From NCBI GenBank assembly GCA_031264185.1, contig JAISEL010000035.1, positions 1 through 64,000 of the forward strand: a DNA stretch of 64,000 nt, in the 5' to 3' direction. Source of the stretch: Deltaproteobacteria bacterium (GTDB taxonomy: Bacteria; Desulfobacterota; Desulfarculia; Adiutricales; Adiutricaceae). The translations under genes and the position numbers were made by a program. Of the stretch, positions 52,552 through 62,939 are shown piece after piece; position 1 is the stretch's first letter, and each line of letters opens with the position of its first letter. The notes beneath the pieces were generated by a model that worked only from the letters and a program-made list of their open reading frames with translations, did no database searches and had not been told where the DNA came from.

Positions 52552-55500
52552 ATGATTTTTTTGGGTAGGAGTATGAAAGATCTTATATACGTATTTTCCG
52601 GTTTGGGCTCGCAGTGGGCGGGCATGGGGGCTGATCTGATAGATTCCGACCAGGTTTTCACCGAAGCCTTCAGGGAATTCGATTCGAGTTTCCGGGCCTG
52701 CAGCGGCTGGTCCGTTGAGGAAAAGCTGTTCCGCTCTGACGAGCCCGTAGCCTTATCTTACGCCCAGTTCTGGCATCCGGCCATTGTGGCTGTCCAGTAC
52801 GCTCTGTATAAGGCCTGCGAAAACAGACTGCCCAAACCTCAGGCTGTCCTCGGGCACAGCGGCGGAGAGGCGGCGGCCGCTTTAATAGCCGGGGCTTTAA
52901 GCTTGAAAGAGGCGGCCTGTCTGACCTGCGGACACATTAAGCTTATGGAAAAGACCTCTCCCGGCGCACTTATGCATCTGCCCATAAGCTTTTCGGCCGC
53001 TAAGGAGCTGACTGAAGGGACCTCTATAACGGTAGCCGCCGTCAATTCGCCCTCTTCGGTGGTTTTAGCCGGCGACAGCGGGGTTTTAAATGATTTTCTT
53101 TTAACTGAAAATCTGACCGGGACGGCCCGCCTTGTTCCGTTTGACCGCTCTTTTCATTCGCCGGCTTTAGAGCCTTTCGGAGCGGATTTTGAAAAAAATC
53201 TCCAAATAAAACCCCAAAAGGCTAACTTTACATTTATCTCTTCCTTTCTCGCCCGGATTGTCCCTGGCGAGGCTTTAACCCCCGCCTACTGGCGCCGTCA
53301 TGCGGCCGAACCGGTTCGCTTTGATAAAGCCGTAGAACTGTCTTTGTATTTGGGAGCCAAAGGGTTCGTAGATTTTTCCCCCCATCCGATATTCCTTCAG
53401 GCGCTGCACGAGACGGCCAGTCTTCAGGGCCGGAACATCTTTTATGTCAATTTAATGCAGCGGCATCAGAAAAGTCTGCCGGTAATAGCCTCAGCTTTGA
53501 CTAGATTAAAAGAGGCCGGGAGCAAAACGTTCAGCTCTTCTGGGCCTCAGGCCTCTGAAGACCGGGACGGCCCGGAAAACCTGCTCCCGCCCGGAGCCTC
53601 AGATCCGACCCTCCAGGCTGACCTGGAGCTGCCGGGCCTGAACATTCATCAAAGGGCAGCGGCTTTAGAAAAGTTTCTGGTCAGTAAGCTTCACGAACTG
53701 ACCGAAATTCCGGATGACCGGACCGGGGAGACCGCCCTGTGCCCTTTTATGAGTCTGGGTCTGGATTCCCTGAATTTGGTCAGCCTGATTAATGATTTAG
53801 CTTTAAAGACCGGCCTGACTTTGGCCCCGTCTTTGGTGTTCAGCTACCCGGAAGCCAGATCGCTGGCCAGGTATTCAGCTGAAGCCATGGAACTCCCCAA
53901 GTCTGATTCCGGTGAGACCGGCTGCTTTTTAAAATCCTCCGCTGCCCAGTCCTCTTCCGATCGGCGCCCGGAAGTTAAGGCCGGTCTGACCGGCCGCGAA
54001 CCTCTGGCCGTGGTTGGCCTGGCTTTTCGGTTTCCGGGCGGGGCTGTGGATGGTGAGAGTTTTTGGCGGATACTTAAAGAGGGCAGGGATGCGATCGGAA
54101 TAATTCCCAAAAGCCGCTGGAATGCAGAGGATTTTTATCATCCTGACCGTGAACACCCAGGGACCATGTACACCCGGTCCGGCGGCTTTATTGAGGATAC
54201 TTTCCAGGGATTTGACGCTAATTTTTTCGGTCTGGCCGGCCGTGAGGCCAAGCAGCTCGACCCCCAGCAGCGTCTTTTGCTGGAACTCAGCTGGGAGGCC
54301 TTTGAAGACGGCTCAATTGATCCTCTGAAGTGGAAGAATAAGCGGGCCGGGGTGTTTTTAGGCATGACCAACAGCGAATACAGCCGGGCCCACCGCGATT
54401 CTTTTGACCGGGACCTCATTGATGCCTATTCCCTGACCGGAACCACTATGAGCGGGGCCTGCGGCCGGCTGTCTTATTTTTACGGCTTTAATGGTCCCTG
54501 CTTTACGGTAGATACCGCCTGTTCTTCCAGCTTGGTCGCCTTAGCCCAGGCCGGTCAGAGTCTGAGAGCCGGGGAATCGGATTTAGCTTTGGTCGGGGCG
54601 GTTTCTTTGATGCTCATTCCGGAAATGCACATCTGCTTCACCAAGTTGGGGGCCATCAGCAGCGACGGGCGCAGCAAGGCCTTCGATGACGGGGCTGACG
54701 GTTACGGCCGGGGCGAAGGGGCGGCGGTAGTCCTGCTGAAAAGGCTGGGGGACGCCGAAAAAGCCGGGGATCGGATTTTAGGGACTATTAAGGGGCACTA
54801 CCTTAATCAGGACGGACGGAGCAACGGTCTGACCGCACCCTCTGGTCTGGCCCAGCAGGAGCTGATCAAAGGCTCTTTGGCGGACGCCGGACTGCTGCCT
54901 TCGGAGATTGATTATGTGGAAGCCCACGGAACCGGCACCTCTTTAGGCGATCTGGTGGAGCTGGAGGCCTTGTCGGCGGCCTACGGCCCCGGGCGCCTGA
55001 AGCCTTTGCTGATCGGCTCAGTCAAGGCCAATATCGGGCACTTAGAACCGGTGTCCGGCCTGGCTTCCCTGATTAAAGTCCTACTGGCCATGAAGCACGG
55101 TCAGATTCCGGCTAATATTCACTTAAAAAGCCCTAACCGCCGCTTTGACTGGGCCAAAGGCCGGATTGCGGCCCCCACCTCTTTGGTAAGCTGGCCGGAT
55201 AATGAGTCCGGGGCCTTAAAAAGGGCCGGCCTGAGCGCTTTCGGTTTTTCCGGGGTCAACGGGCATCTGATAGTCGAAGAATACCGCCGAACGGAATCAG
55301 CCGCAAGCCTGAAAGGGCAGTCTGCGGACAGTGTGGCTTCTGAGCCGCCCATCCTTCTCCTTTTGTCGGCCAAGAGTCAGAAAGCCCTGGAAGAACTGGC
55401 CTTTAAGGTCGCCCAAAGGCTCAGAAACTGCGATCGCCGGGCAGCCCTGAACTTAGCCTACAGTCTGGCCAATCACCGGCCGCACTTCGAATTTCGGGCA

Positions 55501-58500
55501 GCCTTAGTCGGCAGCTCTCCTTCGGAATTAGCGGACCGGCTAGCCAGTATCCGGGTCCGTAAAACCAGAGGTCCAAGACCTCTCGGCCTTTTATTTACCG
55601 GTCAGGGCTCCCAATGCCCCGGTTTAGGCTGGGAGCTGTATAAAGCTTACCCGGTTTTTCAGGAAAGTCTGGATTCTGCCCGGAAGCTCTTGCTGCCCCG
55701 GGGTATTGATCCGATTAGTTTAATTAACCCTGACCTCCCTCCCGAGGCGCTGACCCCGACTCAGATTTCCCAGCCTTTGATTTGCGCGGTCAGTTTGGCT
55801 TTGTACGATCTTTGGACTTATGTGGGCCTGACTTTTGACAGTGTCCTAGGGCACAGCGTCGGCGAGTTCCCGGCTTTAGCCGCCAGCGGGATCCTGGATC
55901 GCCGGACCGCAGTGGATCTGGTCTGTCAAAGAGGCCTTTTAATGGCCCAGGCCCCGGACGGTTCCATGACAGCGGTGTTCGCTTCAGTTGCGGAGATAGA
56001 GCCGGTTTTAAAGGACTTTCCGGATGTCAGGATCGCGGCCGATAACGCAGTCTCTTCTGTAACTTTATCCGGTCCCGCTGACTCTTTAAGCCGGTTGAGC
56101 GGGTATCTGGAGAAAGAAAAGATCAGTTCAGTGCCTCTGAAGGTTTCGGCGGCTTTTCATTCTCCGGCCATGCAGGAGGCCGCTGAAAAGTTTGACGAGT
56201 ATATCTCCCTCAAGTACGGTCAGAACAGCCCCGACTCTTTTTCTGACCTGGAAAAAACGGGCCGGCGGGGAGAATTTGGCTTCCGTCAGTCCAGGGAATC
56301 TCCGGCGCCTCTCAGCCCCTGCGGACTCCTGCAGCCGAAGGGCAGCCAGTATCCGGTTTTTATCTCCAGCCTTTTGGCTCAACCGGCTTATTCGGTCGAT
56401 TCCGGCTATTTTGGCCGACAGATCGCCTCACCGGTACGTTTTCGGGAGGCCAGTTCCGTTATGGCCCAAAGAGTCAGTCTGGCCGTGGAGGCCGGTCCCT
56501 CGGGAGCCCTTTCCGGGCTGGTGGCCCAGGGCGGGCAGATATTAGGACTCAGCACTCTGAAGCCCGGCCGTTCGGCTCTGGAGAGCTTTTTGGTCGCAGC
56601 CTCGGAACTGTATCAGGAGGGGTTTGATCTTGACTGGGGCAAGGTCTGGGAACCTCTTCCCCAAGGCCGGACCAGTCTGCCTGCCTATCCCTTCCAAAGG
56701 GAGCGCTTCTGGCTGGAAGTCCGGCACTCCCCGCCGCACTTTCCGGCCCCGAAAGCCGGAATGGCCGCCGCTGAAGCTGATGAGGCCCCCCGAAAAAGGC
56801 ACCCCGTTTTAGGCCGCCTCATCAAAAGTCCGGCTCTGGGCAAAGCCTCGGTCTTTGAAACCGTCTTCAATGAAGAAGGACCTAGGTTTCTCTGGGAGCA
56901 CCGCATCCTGGGGCGGGCCGTCAGTCCGGCCGCCGGGCATGCGGCCATGGTCTTAGCGGCGGCGGAAGCTCTGCGCGGCCGGGCGGTCTGCGAATTGAAG
57001 GAGGTCAGCTTTACCCAGCCTTTAGTGATAGGTCCTCGGGAGGAACGTCTGGTTCAGGTCATTGTCGATAATCCCCAGGATGACTTAAGCGCCTTTTCTT
57101 TGGTCAGTTGCGGAAAAAATGCTTCTGAGTTTGTCACCCATGCGGCTGGTTTTATTAGTTTTGCAGTCCCAGAAAAGCCCAAAAATAATCCGGAGGCCGT
57201 AAAACAGCGGCCTCAGACCATGACCGTGGACAGTTACTGCAGCGCTTTCGCTGACTACGGGTACGGCTTAGCCCCGGACTTCTGGCGGCTGTCTTCAATT
57301 TTTGTCGACGGCCCGGAAAATTACTGCCAGGTGGAAGCCAGAAGACACACCCCCTCAGAAGCCGGTCACGTCATTTATCCGGGCTCTTTAGACAGTGTCT
57401 TTCAAACCACTATGCCGGCCGTAATTAATGAGGCCGTACCTTTTATGGTCGCCAATAACGGCCTTTTTGTCCCTCTGTTCATGGAAAGTCTGAGTTTGTG
57501 GGCCCAGGTTCCTGAAAAGCTTTTTTGTCACGGCCTGACGAAGTTCAGCGCATCCCCTCTGGGCATCACCAGTTCCGTGACGGCTTATGACCGGACCGGG
57601 GAGCCGGTCCTGGCTGTCAGATCCCTTTATCTGCCCCTGACCAGTCAAAAGGTTTTTTACAGGCGGCCGCCTTTGACCCCGGCCCCGGTTTTTGGCCGTG
57701 ATTCAGGAACCGCTGAGGACCAATCCCCGCTGCGTTTTTATCTGGAGAAATGGCAGAAGGCAGATCTGTCAGCGGCAAAAAAAGTTACTCAGCTGAGCCG
57801 TGAAACTGTCAGCTGCGATAATCTGCCTGACCTGAAAGATCGGGCGCTTGAAGTCATCAGTCTGGGCCGTTTCCTGGCTCAGGGCTCTGAGGCCGGGGTT
57901 TTAGCCGGCCGGGATAAAAGCCGCCGGAATTTCACCGGTTATTCAGCCGAAGCTTCCTCCCGGCTGACGTTATCGGCTGACTGCGATATTGTCTTACTGG
58001 CTCCTGCCGGTCAGACGGAGATCTCCGCCGAGCTGCCCTTCAGAGAGCTTGCCCTCTTCAATGAATGCCTGGCTTATGTAAAAGTCCTCTTAAAAAGCCC
58101 GTATAAGCACCGGATACATTTGGTCACCGCACGGGCCAGAGTCGTTGACTGCATAGAGCATCCGGACAGCGGCGGCCGCAATGAGCCGGTCTCTTTGCAG
58201 GGCGCCAGCCTCATCGGCTTAGGCCGGACTCTGGCTTTGGAAAGACCGGATCTCTGGGCCGGGCAGCTGGATATATCTGGGGACAGCCGGGAAGATGCTC
58301 TGGAGATTATCAGACGCTTAAATAATGAACTGTCCGGTGAGCCTTACGAACTGGCTTTTCGGGGCGGGGTTTTTTACGAGCCTTTCTTATTAAATCATCA
58401 GGCGCCCTCCGGCTTGGATCTCCCTGAAGCCCTTAAAGACCATAAAGACAATAATGTCCAGGGAATTCAGGTCATCACCGGGGCCAACGGCGCCTTAACC

Positions 58501-59769
58501 CGAAAACTGGCTGAACATTTAGTCGGCAGAGGCGCCCGGGAGCTAGCCTTAATCAGCCGGGAGGGCTTATCCGGCGAGTCTTTGCAGCTGGCTGAGGAGT
58601 TAAGGGCCAGGGGCGTTACAGTTCTGGATTTAAACGCTGATGTCACGGTTTTTGGGGAATTGAGCCAGGCTCTGGCCTCAGCCAGAGAGGCAGGTGCGAT
58701 AAAGGGGATATGGCATCTGGCCGGGACTCTGGCGGATGGGCTGATTGAGGCTATGTCCGAGGAGAGGGTCCTTAAGGTCTTAGGGCCCAAGATTTTTGGA
58801 GCCGTTAATCTCCATCTGGCAACTTTAAAAGATCCCCTGGACTATTTTACGCTTTTTTCTTCCGTAGCCGCTCTTTTGGGATCAGCCGGTCAGGCCGGCT
58901 ATGTCTCCGCCAACTTTTTTATGGAGGCCATTGCCCGTTACCGGCGGCTGCAGAAATTGCCCTCGGCCGCTCCTGAGTGGGGCCCACTGGCCGGTTCCGG
59001 CATGGCCGGCAGTGCCGTGCGCGGTGATAACCTCAGGCGTCAGGGTTTTATTCCGCTGGAGACTTTTGAGTTCTTCCGGGTTTTGGATTCAGTCTTGGGG
59101 CAAAAATCGGAGGACTCAGAGGTCCTTGGGGTGTTCGGGGCTGTGAAGATGGACCTGGAAAAATTTTTCCGGCACCCGGAACGGCGCCGGGACCGGCGCC
59201 TTAAGTCCATTATCCCCCGGCCGGCCAAGACCGGCGGACCAGGGAACGGGTCGGGAGACCGATCCCGCCGCGCCCCCGGGGACGGTGTAAACGACGGGTT
59301 AGCCTTAGCTTTAAGCCAGTTAAATCTGGCAGGGGACCGGGGGCCCGTTCTGCAGGAACTGACGGAACTGGCCGCCGATCTTTTAGGCTTCGCTCCTCAG
59401 GATATCGATCCGCAAAAACCTTTAAGCGACTACGGCTTTGACTCCCTGATGACGGTTTCCCTGCGCAACCGGCTGGGCAGCGCTTTAGGCCGCAGCGTTC
59501 CGGTATCTTTAGCCTTCGAGCACCCGACAGTTTCGGCTATGACCGACTGGCTGGCTTTAAATTTTGGCCCGGCCTCCGGTGAGGCGGCCGGCGGCCTGGG
59601 GGTTGCCGGATCCTCAGAATCCGACCGGCAGGACCAGCCGTACCTGCCGGATAAAACCGATCGGCCTGACCGGTTTGACCGGACTGCCCCCCCGCTGGCT
59701 CCACTCGGAGGGGCGATTAGTGTCGATGCCCTGATGTCGGACATAGAAAAGCTTTTGGATAATCAATGA
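52552..59769 (+). CDS. type I polyketide synthase: loading AT-ACP + module KS-AT-DH-KR-ACP
   Basis: AT1 GHSGGE (about 52850). ACP LGLDSL (about 53760). KS DTACSSSLVAL / EAHGTGT / NIGHLE. AT2 GHSVGE with AAFHS (malonyl-type). DH HRILGRAVSPAAGH. KR GANGALTRKLA. ACP GFDSLMTV. Alternative start ATG 52573. Confidence 0.95.
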   Translation: MIFLGRSMKDLIYVFSGLGSQWAGMGADLIDSDQVFTEAFREFDSSFRACSGWSVEEKLFRSDEPVALSYAQFWHPAIVAVQYALYKACENRLPKPQAVLGHSGGEAAAALIAGALSLKEAACLTCGHIKLMEKTSPGALMHLPISFSAAKELTEGTSITVAAVNSPSSVVLAGDSGVLNDFLLTENLTGTARLVPFDRSFHSPALEPFGADFEKNLQIKPQKANFTFISSFLARIVPGEALTPAYWRRHAAEPVRFDKAVELSLYLGAKGFVDFSPHPIFLQALHETASLQGRNIFYVNLMQRHQKSLPVIASALTRLKEAGSKTFSSSGPQASEDRDGPENLLPPGASDPTLQADLELPGLNIHQRAAALEKFLVSKLHELTEIPDDRTGETALCPFMSLGLDSLNLVSLINDLALKTGLTLAPSLVFSYPEARSLARYSAEAMELPKSDSGETGCFLKSSAAQSSSDRRPEVKAGLTGREPLAVVGLAFRFPGGAVDGESFWRILKEGRDAIGIIPKSRWNAEDFYHPDREHPGTMYTRSGGFIEDTFQGFDANFFGLAGREAKQLDPQQRLLLELSWEAFEDGSIDPLKWKNKRAGVFLGMTNSEYSRAHRDSFDRDLIDAYSLTGTTMSGACGRLSYFYGFNGPCFTVDTACSSSLVALAQAGQSLRAGESDLALVGAVSLMLIPEMHICFTKLGAISSDGRSKAFDDGADGYGRGEGAAVVLLKRLGDAEKAGDRILGTIKGHYLNQDGRSNGLTAPSGLAQQELIKGSLADAGLLPSEIDYVEAHGTGTSLGDLVELEALSAAYGPGRLKPLLIGSVKANIGHLEPVSGLASLIKVLLAMKHGQIPANIHLKSPNRRFDWAKGRIAAPTSLVSWPDNESGALKRAGLSAFGFSGVNGHLIVEEYRRTESAASLKGQSADSVASEPPILLLLSAKSQKALEELAFKVAQRLRNCDRRAALNLAYSLANHRPHFEFRAALVGSSPSELADRLASIRVRKTRGPRPLGLLFTGQGSQCPGLGWELYKAYPVFQESLDSARKLLLPRGIDPISLINPDLPPEALTPTQISQPLICAVSLALYDLWTYVGLTFDSVLGHSVGEFPALAASGILDRRTAVDLVCQRGLLMAQAPDGSMTAVFASVAEIEPVLKDFPDVRIAADNAVSSVTLSGPADSLSRLSGYLEKEKISSVPLKVSAAFHSPAMQEAAEKFDEYISLKYGQNSPDSFSDLEKTGRRGEFGFRQSRESPAPLSPCGLLQPKGSQYPVFISSLLAQPAYSVDSGYFGRQIASPVRFREASSVMAQRVSLAVEAGPSGALSGLVAQGGQILGLSTLKPGRSALESFLVAASELYQEGFDLDWGKVWEPLPQGRTSLPAYPFQRERFWLEVRHSPPHFPAPKAGMAAAEADEAPRKRHPVLGRLIKSPALGKASVFETVFNEEGPRFLWEHRILGRAVSPAAGHAAMVLAAAEALRGRAVCELKEVSFTQPLVIGPREERLVQVIVDNPQDDLSAFSLVSCGKNASEFVTHAAGFISFAVPEKPKNNPEAVKQRPQTMTVDSYCSAFADYGYGLAPDFWRLSSIFVDGPENYCQVEARRHTPSEAGHVIYPGSLDSVFQTTMPAVINEAVPFMVANNGLFVPLFMESLSLWAQVPEKLFCHGLTKFSASPLGITSSVTAYDRTGEPVLAVRSLYLPLTSQKVFYRRPPLTPAPVFGRDSGTAEDQSPLRFYLEKWQKADLSAAKKVTQLSRETVSCDNLPDLKDRALEVISLGRFLAQGSEAGVLAGRDKSRRNFTGYSAEASSRLTLSADCDIVLLAPAGQTEISAELPFRELALFNECLAYVKVLLKSPYKHRIHLVTARARVVDCIEHPDSGGRNEPVSLQGASLIGLGRTLALERPDLWAGQLDISGDSREDALEIIRRLNNELSGEPYELAFRGGVFYEPFLLNHQAPSGLDLPEALKDHKDNNVQGIQVITGANGALTRKLAEHLVGRGARELALISREGLSGESLQLAEELRARGVTVLDLNADVTVFGELSQALASAREAGAIKGIWHLAGTLADGLIEAMSEERVLKVLGPKIFGAVNLHLATLKDPLDYFTLFSSVAALLGSAGQAGYVSANFFMEAIARYRRLQKLPSAAPEWGPLAGSGMAGSAVRGDNLRRQGFIPLETFEFFRVLDSVLGQKSEDSEVLGVFGAVKMDLEKFFRHPERRRDRRLKSIIPRPAKTGGPGNGSGDRSRRAPGDGVNDGLALALSQLNLAGDRGPVLQELTELAADLLGFAPQDIDPQKPLSDYGFDSLMTVSLRNRLGSALGRSVPVSLAFEHPTVSAMTDWLALNFGPASGEAAGGLGVAGSSESDRQDQPYLPDKTDRPDRFDRTAPPLAPLGGAISVDALMSDIEKLLDNQ

Positions 59770-62700
59770 CCAGTCAGCCTCCGTCTAGAGAACAGCAGTT
59801 AGAACTGGCTCTGGGTCAGGCCAGAGAGGTAATCCGCGCCCTGACTTTGGAGCGGACAAAAGAGGCTGAAGTTTTCCGCTCCGCTTTTGAGCCGGTGGCG
59901 GTCATCGGGCTGGATTTGCTTTTCCCGGCCGGAGACCGGGACGCTCAGGGGCTGGCCGAGTTCCACTCTTCTTTAATAGAGGGGGTTGTAAGTGTCAGAG
60001 ATATTCCCGAGGCCCGGCGAAAACTGTGGCAGTCTGTAAGCCCGGAAAATTCCTTTCAGCTGGCCAGGGCTTCTATTCTGAAGCGGGAGCCATTTAAAGC
60101 CGATCTGGGGCGCTTTAATCTGACCCCGGCGGAGGCCCGCCTGATGGATCCCCAGACTTTTCTGGCTTTGGAGACCGTAACCCGGGCCCTGGATAACGCC
60201 GGGCTGGACCCGGAAACGCTGGCCGGAACCAATACCGCCGTTTACTTCGGCAAAAGCGGCTTTGACTTTTTTGTGGACTATTTAGGCCGCCCTGAAAACC
60301 GGTTTGCCGATGACCCTTACAGTTTAACCGGTAACATGGCCAGCACCCTGCCGGGGCGGATCTCGTATCACTTTGACTTTTTAGGGCCCTCGGTCTTTGT
60401 GGAAACGGCCTGCTCGACCGGTTTGGTGGCCGTGGCTCAGGCCGTAAGAGCCTTGCATTCCGGGGCGGCCGATCTGGCGGTGGCCGGCGCGGTCAACCTT
60501 ATTTTGGGGCCGACTCCCTCCGGCTGGCTGGCGGCCATGAAGGCCCTGGCTCCGGACGGACTTTGCCGGGCCTTCGGAGCTGACGCCAGCGGTTTCGGGC
60601 GGGGCGAGGGGTCTGCGGCAGTGATTCTGACTCCTTTAAGCCGGGCTTTAGCCAAAGGGGACCGGATTCTGGCTGTCATAGAAGGAATAGGGGAGGGCTG
60701 TGACGGCCGGAGTTCCGGTTTTACGGTGACCTCGTCTCTGGCTCAGAAGATGGTCTTGAGGAAAGCCCTGAAGGAGGCCGGGCTGGAGCCTTCGGAGGTA
60801 GGTTATGTGGAAACCCACGGGACAGGCACGCCCTTAGGGGACCCTATTGAGGTGGAAAGTTTAAAGGAGGTTTACGGGGTGAAAAGGCCTTACCCTCTTT
60901 TGATCGGTTCAGTTAAATCCAATTTTGGGCATTTGGAAGCCGTAGCTGGCCTGGCCTCTTTAATAAAAGCGATCGGTCTGTTAAGAGAGAACCAGATTCC
61001 GCCCAGTCTCCACTGTGAGGAACTGAATCCCCTGATCGATTTTGGAGGGCAAGTGGAAGTCAATCGGGGCCTCAGAGCGTGGCCTGACGGATACGCCAGA
61101 AAAATAGCCGGGGTCAGTTCCTTTTCCCTGACCGGGGCTTTGGTGCATTTGCTGGTCTCGGAACCGCCCTCAGCAAGGTCCAAGTACCGTCTTGATCTGT
61201 CAGTGACTGAGACTGAGGCGGCAGGACCAAATGTCCGTTCAGCCAATCTTTATTTGTCCGCTCCGACCCCCGGGGCTTTAAGGGCGGAAGTCCGTCTTTA
61301 CCGGGAAAAATTATTAGCCGGGGCCGATTTTACTGAACTGGCCAGAGGATCATCCCGCCGGCCGGCCGGCCGGGAGCGTCTGGTTCTGACTTCTGATTCC
61401 GGCCGGGCGGCCTCGGATTTGGCCTCTTTTTTAAGGACAGAAAATAATAGCCGGTTGTCTGCCGGACGGGCTGAAAAACTGAGCCTGCTGTGGGTCTTTG
61501 GCGGACAGGAGCCGCTTGCCCCCGGCCTGAGCCGGGAACTGTCTGACTGCTTTCCGGTCTTTAAGGAAAGGCTGCTGGCCTTGGAACAGCGGGCTTTTCC
61601 GGTACTGGGCTTGAAAATCACTGAGATCATGTTCCAAAATTACTTAACCGGCTCCAAAGACTTTAACCGCAGCCAAGCCTTTAAGCCGGCCGTCCTGAGT
61701 GAGGTCTGCCTGTTCGCCTTTCAGGCGGCCACGGCGGCTTTGCTTTCGTCGCAGGGCCTGAAACCTGAGGCGGTTATGGGACACGGCCAGGGCGAGTATG
61801 CGGCTTTATCAGCCAGCGGACTGTACGGCTGGGAGACGGGTCTGGATCTGGTTATGACCAGGGCAAAGATGGCCTCGGAGCTGGAATCGGAGGCCCTGAA
61901 AGGCCCTAAAGTCGCCTGGGCCACTGTTTTGGCCTCCGCAGCGGAAGTAAATTTTGACCGGCCCCCTCAGGCCTATGTCATTGCGGAAAACGGACCGGCC
62001 AGCGTTACGGTAGCCGCTCCGGCGGAAGTTTTAAAGATCTGGCTGCAACGGTTAGCCGGCCGGGGCTTGGCGGTCCAGGGGCCGGCCTCCCAGCCCTTAC
62101 AGTCCTCCAGACTCTACCATTCGCCTTTTTGTGAGCCACTGTTAGGAGAATTCAGCCGGTATCTGAGACAAATCAAGTTCAATCGCTTAAAAATCCCGTA
62201 TCTGTCCGCTTCTGCGGCCTCTTATCTGGACCAGACCTACGAAAATTGGGCCGATTATCTGGCTGCCCAGACCTGTGGGCCGGTTCTTTTTCATCAGGCG
62301 CTCTTAAAAGTCCGCCAGAAAACAGGGCTGGAGATCGGCCCGGCTCAAAGTCAGATCCCGGAAGGTCTTCCGGATTTTATCCGGCTGACTCCGGTCAGCC
62401 CCGGCCGGGAGTTAGAGCAGTACCTTTTGGCTATGGGGCAGCTGTGGAGCCGAGGCGGGACAGCCAAATCCAACCCCCCCGGCCCCGTAAGGCCGGAAAT
62501 CCTCCCCCCAATTCTTTTTGAAGTTCAGGATCTGTCCAGTCCCTTTGCCGCAGAGATGACTGGGGCTGCCGGGGCGGCGGGATCATCAGGTTCAAATGCT
62601 GCAAATGATCATGAGCTTTTTGGAGGCGGCCTGAAGGCTGATCCTCTTCCGGCGGCAGCTTCCGGGGAGTCCTCAGAGAGTTTGGTCACCGAAGTTCCGC

Positions 62701-62894
62701 TGACCGGTGTTCTGCCTGAGGCTGCCGGCTCTGAGGCGGCCCTGGAACTGGCGGAGTTGCAGCTGTTCCATTTTAATCGTGTCTGCCGGCTTCAGATGAA
62801 GGCGGTTAATGAGGCCTGCGGAGACGGTAACGGCGATAATGACTGCGAGGCTGAGGAATCGGTCAGATCAAGCGGTTTTAACAGTCCGGGCTGA
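59766..62894 (+). CDS. stand-alone KS-AT didomain PKS protein without ACP; AT active-site Ser replaced by Gly (GHGQGE)
   Basis: KS ETACSTGLVAV / ETHGTGTPLGD / NFGHLEA (catalytic Cys and His present). AT region aligns, but GHSxG reads G-H-G-Q-G (Gly codon 61785-61787). The C-terminal about 200 aa are acidic/Ala-rich with no DSL carrier motif. ATGA overlap with the upstream PKS. Confidence 0.9.
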   Translation: MTSQPPSREQQLELALGQAREVIRALTLERTKEAEVFRSAFEPVAVIGLDLLFPAGDRDAQGLAEFHSSLIEGVVSVRDIPEARRKLWQSVSPENSFQLARASILKREPFKADLGRFNLTPAEARLMDPQTFLALETVTRALDNAGLDPETLAGTNTAVYFGKSGFDFFVDYLGRPENRFADDPYSLTGNMASTLPGRISYHFDFLGPSVFVETACSTGLVAVAQAVRALHSGAADLAVAGAVNLILGPTPSGWLAAMKALAPDGLCRAFGADASGFGRGEGSAAVILTPLSRALAKGDRILAVIEGIGEGCDGRSSGFTVTSSLAQKMVLRKALKEAGLEPSEVGYVETHGTGTPLGDPIEVESLKEVYGVKRPYPLLIGSVKSNFGHLEAVAGLASLIKAIGLLRENQIPPSLHCEELNPLIDFGGQVEVNRGLRAWPDGYARKIAGVSSFSLTGALVHLLVSEPPSARSKYRLDLSVTETEAAGPNVRSANLYLSAPTPGALRAEVRLYREKLLAGADFTELARGSSRRPAGRERLVLTSDSGRAASDLASFLRTENNSRLSAGRAEKLSLLWVFGGQEPLAPGLSRELSDCFPVFKERLLALEQRAFPVLGLKITEIMFQNYLTGSKDFNRSQAFKPAVLSEVCLFAFQAATAALLSSQGLKPEAVMGHGQGEYAALSASGLYGWETGLDLVMTRAKMASELESEALKGPKVAWATVLASAAEVNFDRPPQAYVIAENGPASVTVAAPAEVLKIWLQRLAGRGLAVQGPASQPLQSSRLYHSPFCEPLLGEFSRYLRQIKFNRLKIPYLSASAASYLDQTYENWADYLAAQTCGPVLFHQALLKVRQKTGLEIGPAQSQIPEGLPDFIRLTPVSPGRELEQYLLAMGQLWSRGGTAKSNPPGPVRPEILPPILFEVQDLSSPFAAEMTGAAGAAGSSGSNAANDHELFGGGLKADPLPAAASGESSESLVTEVPLTGVLPEAAGSEAALELAELQLFHFNRVCRLQMKAVNEACGDGNGDNDCEAEESVRSSGFNSPG

Positions 62895-62939
62895 ATTTTG
62901 GCTGTGGCAGTTTAGACAGGCGGTTACAGCCTGCAGGTT

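Noticed and set aside
62430-62894. C-terminal tail of the KS-AT protein as a degenerate ACP
   Set aside because: No (D/G)xDS(L/I) phosphopantetheine site or helical carrier pattern. The tail is acidic and Ala/Gly-rich.
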